Shown here: piece after piece, positions 38,233 to 53,600 of the stretch
Layout: each line of letters opens with the position of its first letter
How positions within the stretch are numbered: the first letter of the stretch is position 1
NCBI GenBank assembly: GCA_964247055.1
Contig: OZ176055.1
Location: 3,410,001 to 3,474,000, forward strand
Direction: 5' to 3'
DNA: 64,000 nt
DNA from: Paragordius varius
Taxonomy: Eukaryota > Animalia > Nematomorpha
The notes under the pieces: model-generated
Database searches by the model: none
The model's input: only the letters and a program-made list of their open reading frames with translations
Told to the model about the DNA's origin: nothing
Position numbers and translations under genes: made by a program

Positions 38233-38619
38233 CATTGCGATTCAAATTGGGGTGACTAAATACCCCAGACGATATTTAAGTTCATATTTTTAAAAATTAC
38301 TGATGGTTCCAATTTAAATTTATGCTTCTATCCTAATAAAAATTATATAAATATGTCAAAATATCTAAATAAATTTAGTTGGAAAAAAAGTTCAGTATTA
38401 AACTACTTCGACGCCATTTTTATTTTCTGACATTTTTGCAAAATATCGTGTTTATTTGATTTTAAGGCTAAAATTAAGTTATCTTTTTTATTGAAATCAA
38501 GTGCAAACTTTTGCCATGGTTTCAATTTTCATATTTTTTAAATATTGAATTTTAAACGAGCATGGGGCATACAAAGACCCCAATTCGTAGGACTAAAATG
38601 AATGTGTTGCATCCAAGTG
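38233..38619 (-). mobile_element. Internally deleted piggyBac-like MITE (387 bp)
   Basis: TTAA at 38229-38232 and 38620-38623; both family termini present. Confidence 0.75.
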
Positions 38620-41600
38620 TTAATGCATTTTAATCCCATCCGGTTTTTAGCCATGTTAATTTTCATTATATATATCAAATCAAGGAATATAATATCCTCA
38701 AACAATTTGCTATCATGTCCATAATTCTAAAAATACATAATAACATAATCTATATTCTAACAATCCTGTAATATTGCAAAAGAATTATTCAATATTTTTG
38801 ATAAAAACACTATTATTATCTTTTTCGTAAAAATTTTTATTAAATTCTCCCATTGTCAGTCAACTGTGATGATAATGCTGGATTGTCAATCCAAAATTTT
38901 CGTGTTTCTAAGGAAAAAGCAAAGGAAACTATAAGAATAAATTACATAATAATATGGACAAGTGTTGTGCATGTAAAAAATAGATATTACAATTTAAGTT
39001 ATATAGGCTGTTTTTTTGTGGAAGGAAACACAAAATAGTTATATAACTTAAGTATTTGTGATAATTGAATTTTTTTAGTTGTGATAATATCTACAAAATA
39101 AATGACTTTTTTAGATTATTCCTATTTTTACGTAATAGATTACTATAAAACAGTTTGTGAGCATAAAAAGAATTATATATTTTCACATAAAAGCCATTAT
39201 TATTAAATAAAAATAAAATTTTGTAAATCCAATCTTGTCAAATCTTTCATCATAAAACGTATAACTTAATTGCGTTTTGGTTTTTGTTTAACATTAGAGG
39301 TCTGAACAAAAAATCTAATTAATTTATTGATGATTGATATTAACTTTTTTTCTGCTTTCAAATCTGTTCACATTATCTCACTTTCATAAGTTTAAGTTAA
39401 TTTAGTGTTAAACAAAAACCAAAATTAATTATAAACGAAAAAAGATAAACTCTTTTAGTTATCCTATTTAGTTGACAATACGTAATAATAATAATTATAA
39501 TTAAATTGATTTTTCGCTCGCTAAATAAATGAATAAAAAAGAGTCTTTGGTAAAAAATAGATTGTATCAGATCTAGCAATATCTCTTCATATTATACAAT
39601 CCGAAATAAAATCGTGTTATAATAATTTATAGACATAATTCAGATTGATATATATCTCCGTTTCCTTATAATGTGAAAATATATTTTAAGTTGTCCTGTA
39701 GGATAATACTTACGTAAAATGTCCCCAATTATTTTTCATTTCTAAAAATTATACTGAAACTTCGGCGTAGAGCTATTAAAAAGGGCGCTATCAATATGTA
39801 TGAACGGACTCAAATGCTATTCCTCTCATGATATTTAAAACGTCAATAATTTTGTTTTTGTCAAAGTTCTGTTAAACCGAGCATAAAATAATGAAAAAGG
39901 TGTACGCTTATTCACGAATGCACCGAAGATAGTTGGGGCATTTTTTATAACAATATATATAATTGTTTTAGAATTTCCCAAAATAGATAAATATATTAGT
40001 CCAGCGTTTTTTAATAGGCCTGGGTGTGGGAGCTCTACGCTAAAAAACGCTATTTAATGAAACGTAGCTCTTAAGTTCGGAAAACCTATGGGATCAAGTT
40101 CTCAATAAGTTTAGGTATCTGCAGTATAAAAAATTTACTTGATTTTTAAATCAGCTGCTGGGGAGCCCTACACTATGTTAAATACACCACCATATAAAAA
40201 TACGTTTTTATGTTTACTCCATAAATTTAAAAATTTTAGTACAGTTTTTTAATTAACATCTTAGTAAGGCTTTTATGATAATTACGCTAAAATAACCGGT
40301 TTGACTTTTAGTATGTCAGATTTATAGGTTAATTCTTTGCAAGTATTTCACATATAAAAAAACCAGTGTAACGCTCTATTTGAAAATAACCAGGGAAGGG
40401 AACCGGCCAATGTTAAATACGCCAATGTAAAAATTACAAAGCTTACGATTTTAGCCCAAGTTATGGTGCATACCAGGTGTAGTTATGCGCCATTATCGTA
40501 ACAAACAGAAAATGCTAACAAAAGTACGCAGACGATTAATTTGACGCAAATGCCAATTTGTTTATCTGACATTATGTGATTAACACACAAAAATCGAGTC
40601 CGTCAAAAACTAGCAACTCATTTTACCATTCGAATTTTCTGCCATAAAGAACGTTTGAAGCCCTGCTTTCTTCATTCCATCTTAAGTGAAAGACTGTTGA
40701 AAGTTATCTCTTGTTGGCAGAAACATATGATGAGCATGCTCCATTGATTAAAACATGTGAAACATGAATTAGAAGTCAAAAAGTATAACTTCAATGTGAA
40801 AGAGAGGGGATACTTTAACCGACACAACTGCGACGATTAAGTGCAAAGTTCTAAAATGATGACCCTATTTTAACTTAATGTCATGGTATAAACATTATCT
40901 GTATTCACAAAACAATATACTACGAGCAATGGGAAAGACCAATGTATTTGGTAATGGGTCCCACACAAATAGAATTAACCCTAATCGTAAATCAGCGGCA
41001 ATTAAAAATTATTTTTGTATCGAATCGTGACGAGTGATAAGAAGTGACTTTGTTTTTTTAATTCAAAGCGGAATAATCCTGGCTTCCTTGTCAAGCCGGT
41101 TCATTAACACAAGGCCAAATCGCATCGGCAAACCATGCTGTGTGTCTGGTGAGACCATAGCATTAGTAATAACTTTTTAATGTAAAACCTTTGGAGTGCC
41201 ATCGTCAACAAATAATTTAACAACAATGCATTTGTCGAAAAATAACCGGAATGGGCCAGGAGACATGGCATATTATTTCGCTAAATCACAATAATTGCTT
41301 AAATGTGAAATTCTTTCGCATTCGTTAATATCAGGATGCGGCGCCTGACAGCATAATATTGGAGGACGTTAGAAAATGGCTTGACTGATTGTTTGCCGCT
41401 AGGTCAATTAGGTTTTCTGGCATGGAATCATATATTACGTGAGAGGTAAAGACTTATGACTCCTGATATAATACATATTTGGGGGCTAACTTTCTGTATA
41501 CGCCATTATATGTGGCTTTGAAGCAATTAATACATAATCTCAAAAACTAAATGGATTTACTAATATTTAAACAACCCAATAAAGGCAGAAGCCAGTTCTT

Positions 41601-42563
41601 GTTTAAAATCTCAGGGAAGGACGAAATTCCTTGTTAAATACATCACCATGTAGAAATAATTGAGCAAACTTTCGCCTAATATAAATTTAAGTTAACACAA
41701 TGAGAGGTAATGTGTTAATAAATTAGTGGTTAATTCCAAAATCTATGAGTCATATTAGATAAGTAATTTAATTTCAGGCGTATGATATAACTTACATTTT
41801 ACTTATAATCAAATATATCTGTTATAAAATTGACTTTAAGTTTCTTGAAAAGGTGATAAATAAACATTTTGTCTGCTAGAATACTCATAATATTTAAAGC
41901 TTATTATTTATATAACATTCGAAAGTTGGACCTAGTCCCAACAATATAAGAAAGTTAGAAAGAAATATTAAGAATCATATTTTATATGCTTAAGATACCC
42001 AAAAATATTAATTTTTATGAATTTTGGCTTAAAAATATTTTAGATAGGAAATATGTGCTATATAAAATTTGGCAATCAAATTCCTTCCTCTACAGGTAAA
42101 AAATAAATTTTGTTAGATAACAAATTTTTAATTTAGTTTTGTTTTGTTTGGTTTGCATTTATCAATTTTTCAACGATGCTATAAATATTAATATATATAT
42201 TATTCTATAAAAGGGAATTCCAAAAAATTTATATGGTTAAATAAAATTATGTTTAGATATCATCACTCCAGTAACTAATTTTCACACACATATTTTATTT
42301 ATTTAATATTTATGAGTAAAAGACCCCTGTAAAAAATATTGAATGATAATATTACACAATAATTATTATTTTGATTATGTATATACGATAAAATGATACA
42401 ACTGTGACAATATCCAAATATTATATAACAATCTTTCTATTGAATTTTACAGAACACGCAAAACACCTGAAAAAATTCTTCCCATATACAATATATTAAT
42501 TATAACGGCATCCCAAAAACAATTTTTTCTTCAGACTAAACATTCGAAGGTAAATTGGATTCT

Positions 42564-45236
42564 ATGGATCCAAAAAAATCAACTGCAAATTCCCAAATCA
42601 TAGAAATAGAGGAACCCGTTAAAATGCTAGAAGACACAGAAAAATCAATAAATGACACAGTGCCAGAAAATGCTGAGATTAAACCGGTTACCGATTTTAA
42701 TGTTTCCCGTATATTGGGCACACTAACACCTACGGATTCTAACAAAACTGCAGTAAATTTGGATAAATGTCCTTTGGTTCAAGACGCAAATCCAATAGAT
42801 TTCCCAAGTTTATCGACAAATTTTTCAATTAACACTAATCAAACTAGTTTAGCCAATACTGAGACCAAGTCTCATTCGTACAATATGGAATATCATAATT
42901 CTGCCATGTATTATTACATGTATCTTAATAATTTCTTTTACAATAATGACATATTCAAGGAGCTGTGTACCAAAAATATAAATTATAACCTGCTTATTGA
43001 AAAATTCAATCAATTGCAAAAATCGGCTAAAGTAATGAACTCTGTACCACAATCCTCAATGCCCATTAATAGGTTGGAGCCTGTTAATAAATTGCATGAT
43101 GAAACTCAATCTAAACCCAATGAAACTTCGACTAATAATGCAACAACTTTAAATCATACCTTATGGTACCAAATTTATCACAGTACCTTAAGTATGTTAG
43201 GTTTAATGAATCCCAATAATATCCATAACAATAAAAGTGATTTAACCGAAAAACTTTGGCCCTCCACAAAAACTGCTGACTGCTCCTCTATACAATTTCC
43301 CCATCCATGTCATGATCCATTTCAAAAAACTTGTAAAAATTGCAATGAAGATAATATGAATATTAAAAATACGCATGCAAATTCAATATTGAATTATCAT
43401 CAAGCCCTAATAAAGGGCCTATATAAAGACCCGATGAATGAAACGTCGCGAATACTGGAAAGAAATTTGGAAAATAAATGCAATTTTACCCATAATAAGG
43501 AACCGAAATTCACCCTTCAAACTTTACCTGACCTCCCTAACCCACCATTTCAAATTAATCCAATGTTACAACCAAGCTCTTTCGATAAAACCCCTATATT
43601 TCCTAATAATTTTTTGATTGATAATTTTAATGCACATAAACATTTGTTAAATTATAATTATCCCAAGGAATTATTTAATTATAACAATAAAATTAATAAG
43701 GATAACTTCCCCCTCAATACACGGCAAAATCAAGCATTTTACACAAATTTAAGTTTATTAAACGATTGGCTCCCTTCTTGGGTTTATTGTACACGTTATA
43801 GCGATAGACCTTCTGCTGGTTTAATTTTAATATACTTGATGATATTAGTAAATTAATTAAATAAATGGATAGTTTAATAATAAATTTGTAAGTATTTGGG
43901 TGAAATTGATAGAACAACTAAAATTATGATTGACTTGTAATTCTAACTTAAGATTTTGGTTTATCATATATTATTTTTGATTGACATAACGCTTTTATAA
44001 TATATAAATTTTTCATTATATATACTTTTTTGTTGATTAGGCCCTCGGTTGAAAAAATTGAAAACAACAAAACTGCAATATTCTTCAAATTCTTCCGATG
44101 ACTCAGGTAATTATTTATAATTAAAAGCAATAAAAAAAATTTTCATATTTTTCAAAAAATATGGAAAAAACTTTTTAATATACCGTGTAAATAGGATCAA
44201 TAGGATAGAATAGATTTTGAAACTATAAGATAATCGAAGATTGATTTTGTATTCCTTAATAAATCCGCTATTTTTAATTATTTAAGATTGTTAAATATAC
44301 TTGCAGAGACCTTGTGATCAACGACCCTTATATAATAAAAGAATAATAATGAAAAAATCGAATTGTTTAATTATAAAAAATTCTTTTTTTTGCTGTATAG
44401 ATGTTGTTGCGGAAGATGTGCCGAATCAAATAAGGACAAAATTACAGCAACCTGTGATATCAAATTATTCTTTTGAAAATGAGAGTCTGAAACTGCGTTC
44501 AGAGAATGTTCTGACATCTACACATTGTTCTACGCTTCACAAAATGGGTTATTCTTGTCATTTATCCTATGGTATTCCACCACCCCCTTTATACTTTAAT
44601 AGCAATGCGAACAATAATAAAAATTGCTGTTCTCTTACTGGTGAGCCATTTTATAGTCAAAAAATTAATCATCGAGCAAATAATGATGATATCATAGGTG
44701 AGAAAACCGACTTACACCATACGACGAAATATCAAAATCTTTCAATATTGATTAATAGCAACAATCTGACTAATTTTGTGGCCTCTCAAAAGCCTATCGA
44801 ATATGTAGTTAATAGTATGTATAATTATGATAAAATAAGAAATACTGAAAATATCACTGATACGAATACGAATGTTGCTCATCATCCACAAATTAACCCA
44901 ATACCAAACAATGTTATAATTACGGTCAGCGATGATAAACGACCTAGGACAGCGTTTACGAATGAACAGTTAGGGCGTCTTAAAAGAGAATTTTTGGAAA
45001 ATCGATACTTGACTGAACACAGGCGACAAACTCTGGCTCATGATTTAGGCCTAAATGAATCTCAAATCAAAATTTGGTTTCAGAATAAACGGGCAAAAAT
45101 TAAGAAAGCTTTGAATGCGGCTTTGCTAAATGCAACACCCATTTCCACCACCATCGCTTCATACATTTCAGATTATGAACAACAAACACTCATCCTAAAC
45201 ACTGCTGTTGCCAAAAATTTGATCAAAAATAGTTGA
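42564..45236 (+). CDS. en: Engrailed homeodomain protein, probably 2 exons (about 696 aa)
   Basis: Exon 1 42564..43818 has EH1 (TDFNVSRIL) and EH2 ([17 protein letters not shown]). A GT donor at 43819 and a probable acceptor at 44400 give exon 2 44401..45236 with the homeodomain [59 protein letters not shown]. The exact start codon and acceptor are uncertain. Confidence 0.9.
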
Positions 45237-46961
45237 ATTATTTTTATATCAATCCATATTATAGCAAATAAGTATAAACTCACTATTTTAGTTTTTTTAT
45301 TAAAATATTATTCAATATTAAATTATAAATCATTAATTAAATACTATATGTGCAATGTGAATAAAATATTATACAAACAAATATTGTAAATATTAATTTA
45401 ATAAATAGTTAATTGATTTAAATATTTAACATATAATGGAGATTATTTTTTTTAGCCTACCTTTGCAATTAGAAGTAATAAAATATATATTGATATATCG
45501 AATTATAATGTGGAAACGCAAATATTCTAACGGTAGACTAAAGCTTAGAAAAACATAAATGATCAGGTTGCACAAAACATAAAAATGTGTATGGTTGGTA
45601 AAATATTTTTTCCGATAACCTATTGAACCCTCTACCTAATGACAATTGTCAACCTTTATATAACGTCTTATTTTAATTAGCCATTATAATATTTTAAACA
45701 ACCGTAAAAATACCAAGGAATCTATTATATCGTGAATCATTTGCATTCCTCCCTTGTGTGAGGCATTTCTAAGTTTGGGTACCCCGATTCTGATATGGGA
45801 ACAAAAAACGACCGTTGCTATAAAATATTCAGTCATTGAGATCTCAGTTATGCTTCTTAAAGTTAACGGATCTTTATTAGACACAGTGGTAACCTTTTCA
45901 TTCCATGTATTAATAGCTTAGAACAGAATAATTATGTTTGAAATCATTTTTTTTGTAACATTTTAGGATCATTTGGATTTAATTATGTACATTGGTATTT
46001 TTATTATTGGTACGTGGATTACAGTCAAAACTTTATTTAAATGTTTCCAACATATCTAAAAATAAAGTTAATTGCAAAATATAGAAGACCCCAAAAGATC
46101 CCCTATTTGGCTCAAGGTCCAAACAAACTTTAAATGCTATTTGATAACCTCTTTTATTTCTGATCGGATCTGACTATGGTGTTTTTAATAACTTCTTAGT
46201 TCTATTAAATAAATTAGACTAAAATTGTTAATAGCCAAAAATTTAATTTTTTTTAAAATTGATAGATGATAAGTATATTAATTTAAATTAATTTATTTTT
46301 AAGAAGGTTAAAAAATGATTCCCTAAAATCGTAAATAAAACATTTTCAATCAAAAGCAACATATTTTAAGCGAAGACAACTTTTTCTCAAGCAAACTCAA
46401 CATGGAAAAAGAATATCTTCTAAAAGAAACAACAAGCAAAACAAATGAAAAAAAGTGTAGCTCTCGAGAAAAATGGGGTTATCTCATCATAATAAAATAT
46501 AATGTTCTGCTATCATTAAAAATTGTTATTAGGTCATTTTAATACAATAGTAAGCCGCTCAAGGGGTTATAAAAGAACAAATATTGAAACCATTTTTTCA
46601 AATGTATTAATTAATTAGATGAACAAGATATTATCAAAAAAAATATCAAACGAATTTGTTTTTAATTGTTAAAAATTATATAACAGCAATTAAAATGCCA
46701 TGAAAAAACAGTTGTTTGTGCCTGATCGCGTACGGCGATTAATAAAAGATCGTCACACTTTAAAAATCTTAATATACACATATTATTCATAAATTTTGTT
46801 CAATACACTATTTTAGCCCTTATTAGAATTTTAACTCAATTTTATAGTATCGAAGTCGACTCATTTCATTTAATATATGGAAAAAATTGTTGTCATTATT
46901 TAAATTGATGAAAATAGGATAAAAAGAATTATAATAATAAAATATTACGATGAATTGGGTT

Positions 46962-47074
46962 TAGTGGCGGCCTATAAATGTTAATTAATATGCATGTCCT
47001 CAAAACAAAACTGCTCATTTAAACTAAATTTATAAAAAAAGAGTTAATACGTCGGGCCCGTACTTCCGCCACTG
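46962..47074. mobile_element. Small MITE remnant with (C/T)AGTGGCGG termini
   Basis: TAGTGGCGG at 46962 and CCGCCACTG ending at 47074; no clean TSD. Confidence 0.4.
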
Positions 47075-47608
47075 GTATGGGTTAGAAAATTTGAAAGTTA
47101 ATTTAGATTTCTGTGGATTTTAAATAAGTGGTAGCCAAATAAGAATTGAAAAAGCCCAAACACACTGTTTAGCGATGTAGTAAATTCTGTTTTTACCGCA
47201 TGAGTTTTAATTTTGGTGTTCCATAACCTTTATACAGTACAAAAGGTAAAAATTTAAAGACAAATATTTTTTTCTAAAAGACAACCATACTTTTTAAATC
47301 TTGATTTTTTTAAATAGAACCCATGGTGTAAAATGGTGTGAAATAGAGATATTTATATTACTAACACAATCAATTAACATTTCAATAAGTTATATAAGAA
47401 AAATTAGGGTTTAAAAAAGTAAGGCTGTCTTTTAGATAAAAAATTTTTCATTTTTTAGTGTGTTTGTCTGTATAATTTCAATTTTTACTGTAATTGGCCG
47501 TCCGGTTCCTTTTCCATTAAAACCAATTTTCGTTTCAAATAAATTATGGATAAAATTGGCTATGATATAATTGCGTTTAAAATATTTGTCTTTTAACATA
47601 ATAATAAA

Positions 47609-47613
<5 letters not shown>

Positions 47614-47683
<70 letters not shown>
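47614..47683. repeat. (TA)35 microsatellite
   Basis: Uninterrupted TA run of 70 bp. Confidence 0.95.
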
Positions 47684-47688
<5 letters not shown>

Positions 47689-50600
47689 TATAACAATTTA
47701 CACCATTTTTTTCCTTTGATTATAGCCTTAACAAACAGTTAAAGATTAAATATGTATGTATAATCTTAGAAATTAGATATCAATATCTTTTTTGGATAAG
47801 ATAGTATATATATAAATAATTAATAATCATATAAAAATATTATGTAAGGGAGAGAGGTAGATATGAAAATGTACAAAAATTGTCACACCTAAAATATGAC
47901 ACTTTAATAAATATAATCATAGGAGACGACAAGATTTGGACAATTATTTTATCAAATATATATTTTATCTATAAAAAAAATGAACATATTATTACATATT
48001 AATTATGATTAATAATATGTAATAATTATTATTGCAGAAAAATCATAATAACGTTACCAATAATTTTTGGTAATTATTGTCAAAAATTGTCATCGTATAT
48101 ATTTATAAAATAAAATTAACGATTGTTAATGAAATTATCTTGATACACATACAACTCAAAGACGTTTAAACAATATTTTAACTACTTTAAATCCGAAAAA
48201 TATTGTACTTTTGATTAGAGGTGTAGCTAGGGGGATGAAGTGGATTGCGCCGAATTTAAAAAGTTTTTTTAATTTTATTTCAATAAAATAACTATTTAAA
48301 ACCTATTATTTTAAATAAAACATAAAAAAATACCCATTTACGAATATACATGACCACGTTGAATTCGATTATTTTTTTAAAAATGCGAGGGGTCGACGAA
48401 AGGCGAGGGGGGCGCCATCACGGATTCATGCAAATTTTATTTCGTCATAAAATTTTCTAAAAATAATAAAATTTTGCCAATTTGTTAAAATTATAAAAAT
48501 TTGGGCGATTGCGGAGATATTTATATGGAATGACTGAAGGCACATTGGATGCCATATTGAGGCAATTTTATACATATTCTATCATTTAGCCTTGGTAGCA
48601 CAAATTTGAAAAGACTTTATGGATATTTTAATGGAGTTTACGTTTATATACTAATTAGGAAACCATTAGCTGTATATTTTAACAATACTCGGACAATATG
48701 TTTTTACTCGACCCCAAAACGGTATATAATTAATTATAAATTTATTTTATTTAGAGTGTCTCTCCCGTCTATAACTCTGAATATGGTGAAAAATACATGA
48801 CTTATGAAGCGCATCATACACCAGAAAAATTAAATAAATGCTAATTATTTATATATATATATAATATGTTCTGAAATATGCATTGCTTAAAATTAAAAAA
48901 ACGATTATTCTATTGTTTTATCTCATTATACCGACAAACCAATATGTAACACTCATTTTTAAGAATTATAATTTAAAATAAATTTATGTAAAATCCAAAA
49001 CGCTAATGAAAATTTTATAGGTGTGCTGTTGGGAATTAATCCTGCTATTTTTTTTTTGTTTTTGGTGCAAAATAGTCAAGAAAAAAATTTGAAGTATCAA
49101 ATTGAAAAAAATGTCTCAGCCCTCCTTATGCATAATGCTGGTATATGTATGGACGCCTTTGGACCTCCTTAGTAAGCCTCTTAGTTGGGCCGGCAACAAT
49201 TAATTTTGGATATATTATTTAAATGAATAGAAATATTTAAACCGCCCTGAAGCATTTAATTCGAACTATAAAAATCAGCTCAAAGGACTCTATGATTTAC
49301 AGACAAAATATATATTACTTTGAAAATTTGGCCAAATAAAGCTGTTATTATCTCGATATATTTGGCTTAGGTCCTCTTTATATAGGGAAGCATTTTTTTT
49401 ATAATTTGTTTGTCCAAATCGATAGTACGGTCACTTCTATAAATAAAAGCAAAAAATCACGATGGTGTGAAATTTGAAATTCATGCTAAATTTGTATGTG
49501 GATATTTATTATGAAAACTTAAAGAACCCAACGTGAATACTGGAAAAAAATTCTGATGATGAATTAATGCGAAATACAGGGACGAAGTTCAAATTAAAAG
49601 TTAAGATTCCAAAGGCGAAAATGGTGTTAAAAATTAAATAAAAATTTTTTAGATTTAAATTAGTTGGTAAATACATATACAGACACATATGATTATATCT
49701 CGTTTCCAAAAATGGAGCTTTATATCAAATGGTAATGGATGTTTGATTTTAAATTTAATAACCAAATTATCATATGTAATTTATTTTTGGACTTATATTA
49801 AGTGGATCAATATCTAAGTTAAAAACGTATACTTCAAAATGAAATGATCTATATATATTATATATAAATTTGCTCTAAATTATTAATTATATCCTTTATA
49901 AGATTATGGTCTATTTGTTAAATCTTTTAAACCAAATTAAGCGGTTTACAAAGAATGTCGAAAGCTGGCTCGCACACAATGGGCAAGCTGACTAGTTTAA
50001 CATATCGAATCAAATTAAAGTAATAAATGTTAAATATTTTTTTCGCCAATTATTTTTAGGTTCATAAAATACTTGTAAAAAGAGATGTTTTGCAATATCT
50101 TGTGAGTTATAGATCAGATCTGTTTAACAGGAAATTTCATCTACAAAATTTCACAAAATCTAGAAAAAAATATTTTCCTAAACAAATTTTTGATAATCTA
50201 AATTTTGGCTATGATTAGCAAAAAATATTAAAATAAATAGTTGTTTTTTGGTGTCTTAAATCTAAAATCGAATAAAATATTTGTTAATGCCCTTATATTT
50301 TCGAAATGCGGCCCGCCGCGAAGCCATTTGCGTTGGATACCCCTGATCAAGCTAAAGATAATCACTCTTTTCTGAGATATGTCAATTTTGAAACGTTTTA
50401 TCCAAATCGACATTATACTAGAAGCAAAACTCTTTTAAAAAATTGAGCGATTTGAGATTTTCTGATTTCGTTTAAATATGTTTGATATCTTGAGTAATTT
50501 ATAAGCAACAAACTAATCCCCAATAATGATGCATTTCTTGCCAAAATATATATTTAATATAATTTTGACTCTCTTTATTTTGCACGAATAACATTGGAAC

Positions 50601-53600
50601 TTTGATCTCAATTTAACGTGAAAATAATTTTTCAAATTTATTTATTGTGAAATGAGTTAACTTTGGCTTTACGTATCCAATCTCATTCAAAAATAGTATG
50701 GTATGGATTCTGTGTTTAAACATGACCATTTTAAACATAACATTTAAAGTCAATACCTTTGAGTCTTAAACTTATAAAGAGACATTTCGTCTTTTAAGTT
50801 TAATTTGTTCCCGGATAATGTTGCGACTGAAATTAAATTTTTACTGATTTGATAAGCTATGTCTTTGTGCACTAGGGACGTTTATGTATAAATCTTGTCG
50901 ATTGTCTAAAATTTATTATCTTTTAAGGAGCAGTTATCATGGTATATTCGTGGTATTAGGTAAAGGTTTGCATGTAAGATTACACAAATACTCTATATGC
51001 AAAACCACAAATATGTCCCACAACGTAGGTTAGACAGGGCCTCCTACATTGAAACACAAAATGCTGAAAAGGCAATATAAATATTAAGATTTACTATTAT
51101 ACGACTAGTCATCCCCTCGTGATGCTCCTATCACCGGTTGGTGGGTGTTTTTATTTTTGTGTATTTTATGTTATTAATTTAAATATTAATACTAAAACTA
51201 AGTATCGATGAAAGTATTTCTAACTATGTTGGTAAAAGCCTTTCAAGTATAAATTTAGAAAGTCTTGATTTTAGCATTATTTTTAAAGGTTATAAAATAT
51301 TTTTCTTAAAATTTGCTTTTTGAAGATTAAGATCCATTGCATTTTTTTATCGAAAGATTTCATTAATTATTAAATACCCTAATTTTAAAATTATCTCGTT
51401 TTTTAATACATCGTTGAATAATATCCTCCTTAAAATGTCGCAATCTTTCTTATCTCACAATACATGATAGTAATATTAATGATATCCAATTTATAATATG
51501 ATGCAATAAATATTTTGGTGTTAAATTATCTTAGGGACAACCCATCTTAAACGCACACATAAAGGTGTACAATCTCAAATTTTGCACGCAAATTCTCTAT
51601 CCTATTCAAGTTTTAATGCTAATAAAAATATGTGAAATTACTATTAATTACGTCTATTATATGATCGTGTTTATTAAAATTTTATTATTCGTTCGTTGTT
51701 CATGTCATATTCTGGAATTGGTAGAATTTAATTTTAGCGTTTTCGTTTATTTTGACTCTAATTTTTCCATCCTTCTTCGCCAAATCCAATTAAATATTTA
51801 TAACCTTTAAACACCAAACAACCAACCAAATACATAATATTTGTAATTGAAATAATTATATTAATATATAAGAATGATGTAAATATATATATATATAAAT
51901 AATAAAAATAATAGCATAAATAATCATATAATCACAGTAAAATTGTATTAATAGATTGTAATCTGAAACAAGATAGATAATTAGTAAGATTTCGGACATA
52001 AAAATACAAAATGGAAATAAACGAATGGATAAATGTTGTCAACCAATATAAATAATTAACAATGCTTGCTCTGTTACATACATACACAATTTCTTTTAAA
52101 ATTAAATCAAAAAAATAATTCATAAATTATTCAAAGGGGCATAAATCTCTGTTCATTTCCATCACAGGTAATTATATCTCAAATCAAAGAAATCGTTATA
52201 TTCCAATTTACACAAATTATGCTTGAAATATTAAATCGAAGCAATAAAAAATGTTATATAAAAAATTATCTAATGCTTAGGGTAAACTCACGGGAACTCT
52301 TATATTTAGCCAAAATCAAAAATCGTAAATTATGGGTTTTATGGTAGAGAATGTCTTTATGGAAAGAACTTAACCCATTGAAAGAGGTTGGAAACGCTGT
52401 GCCATCTACTACATAGCGAGCCGGGTCTTAAATAAATGATGCATTTATATAATTGGCGAGTTTATTTTTATTACACTGTGCAATAATAATAAGGGTCAAA
52501 ACTTTAGATCATCTGATTATTAAAAGGTTTCGAATAACAAGATGATACAAGCTATTAGAGTAGAAAAAATTTCCCTGATATTAGTCAAAATCAAAAAATC
52601 GCATATTCATCGCAATCAGTTCGAATAAAAATAAATATAAAAGAGAACCTAGATTTTAATTGTTAATAGCTATCATAATATAAATATAAGTATAAACGGA
52701 AAAATTATATCTATATTTTTGGGTATTTGAAAGACATATAAGAATAAAAGTAAATAGCTCCGTAGCATTAAATTTGAATAAAAAACTTGCGATTATGCGG
52801 TGAACTTTTTATTTAATATCATTTGTGTACTATACATATAAGGTCAAATATATTGCTTTCAAAAAATAATTAATAGTATAAATTTTTTATATAATTTGCA
52901 CCAAAAGAAAAATGTATAACACAAATTGCGGCAGAAAAAACTCTTACGGAGTGAATTTCATAATTTAGGGACCGCCCAAAACTTTTATTAAATAATTTTG
53001 ACGCCATTTATAATATTCCAATTTAATTAAAAATTTAATTTCCATATATTTATAAAAAACTGGAAAATAATTCGATTTTATATAATTGTTTACGGCTTTT
53101 TGCTTTTAATTCATTGCCATATTTGTTTAAACGCTATTATTTTTATAACCATATGCGTTTTAATGCAGTAGTTACCAAATTATATATCAATTAGGACGAA
53201 ACGCCTGTTTTATTTGTCTTGCCTATTCTTTTAAAGGGAGATAATTTGGTGATGCACCGGGCGCCATAGTTAAAGGGGCGCCTGATCTTAAAATTTTTTA
53301 ATTTTATTTAAAAAAATAGGTATAAAGTTTCATTTCAAATAATACATATACCCATTTATGAGTAGTCATGACCATCAATCTTAAACAAAATTTGCTTTAG
53401 TATTATAAATATTTTAATCTAAAGGTAAACAACTGTTTTATATCCTTATTTATTAAACTTCCACATTATCTTCAAGCTCTTATCTTTGTTAACATCACCC
53501 TATTGATATCATTCATGGAACCTACCTTTAAATAGTTGCTTTAAGTCATTAAGGTGTCAAACATAAAATTAATACCATAATCAATTTTATTTCAAAATTA

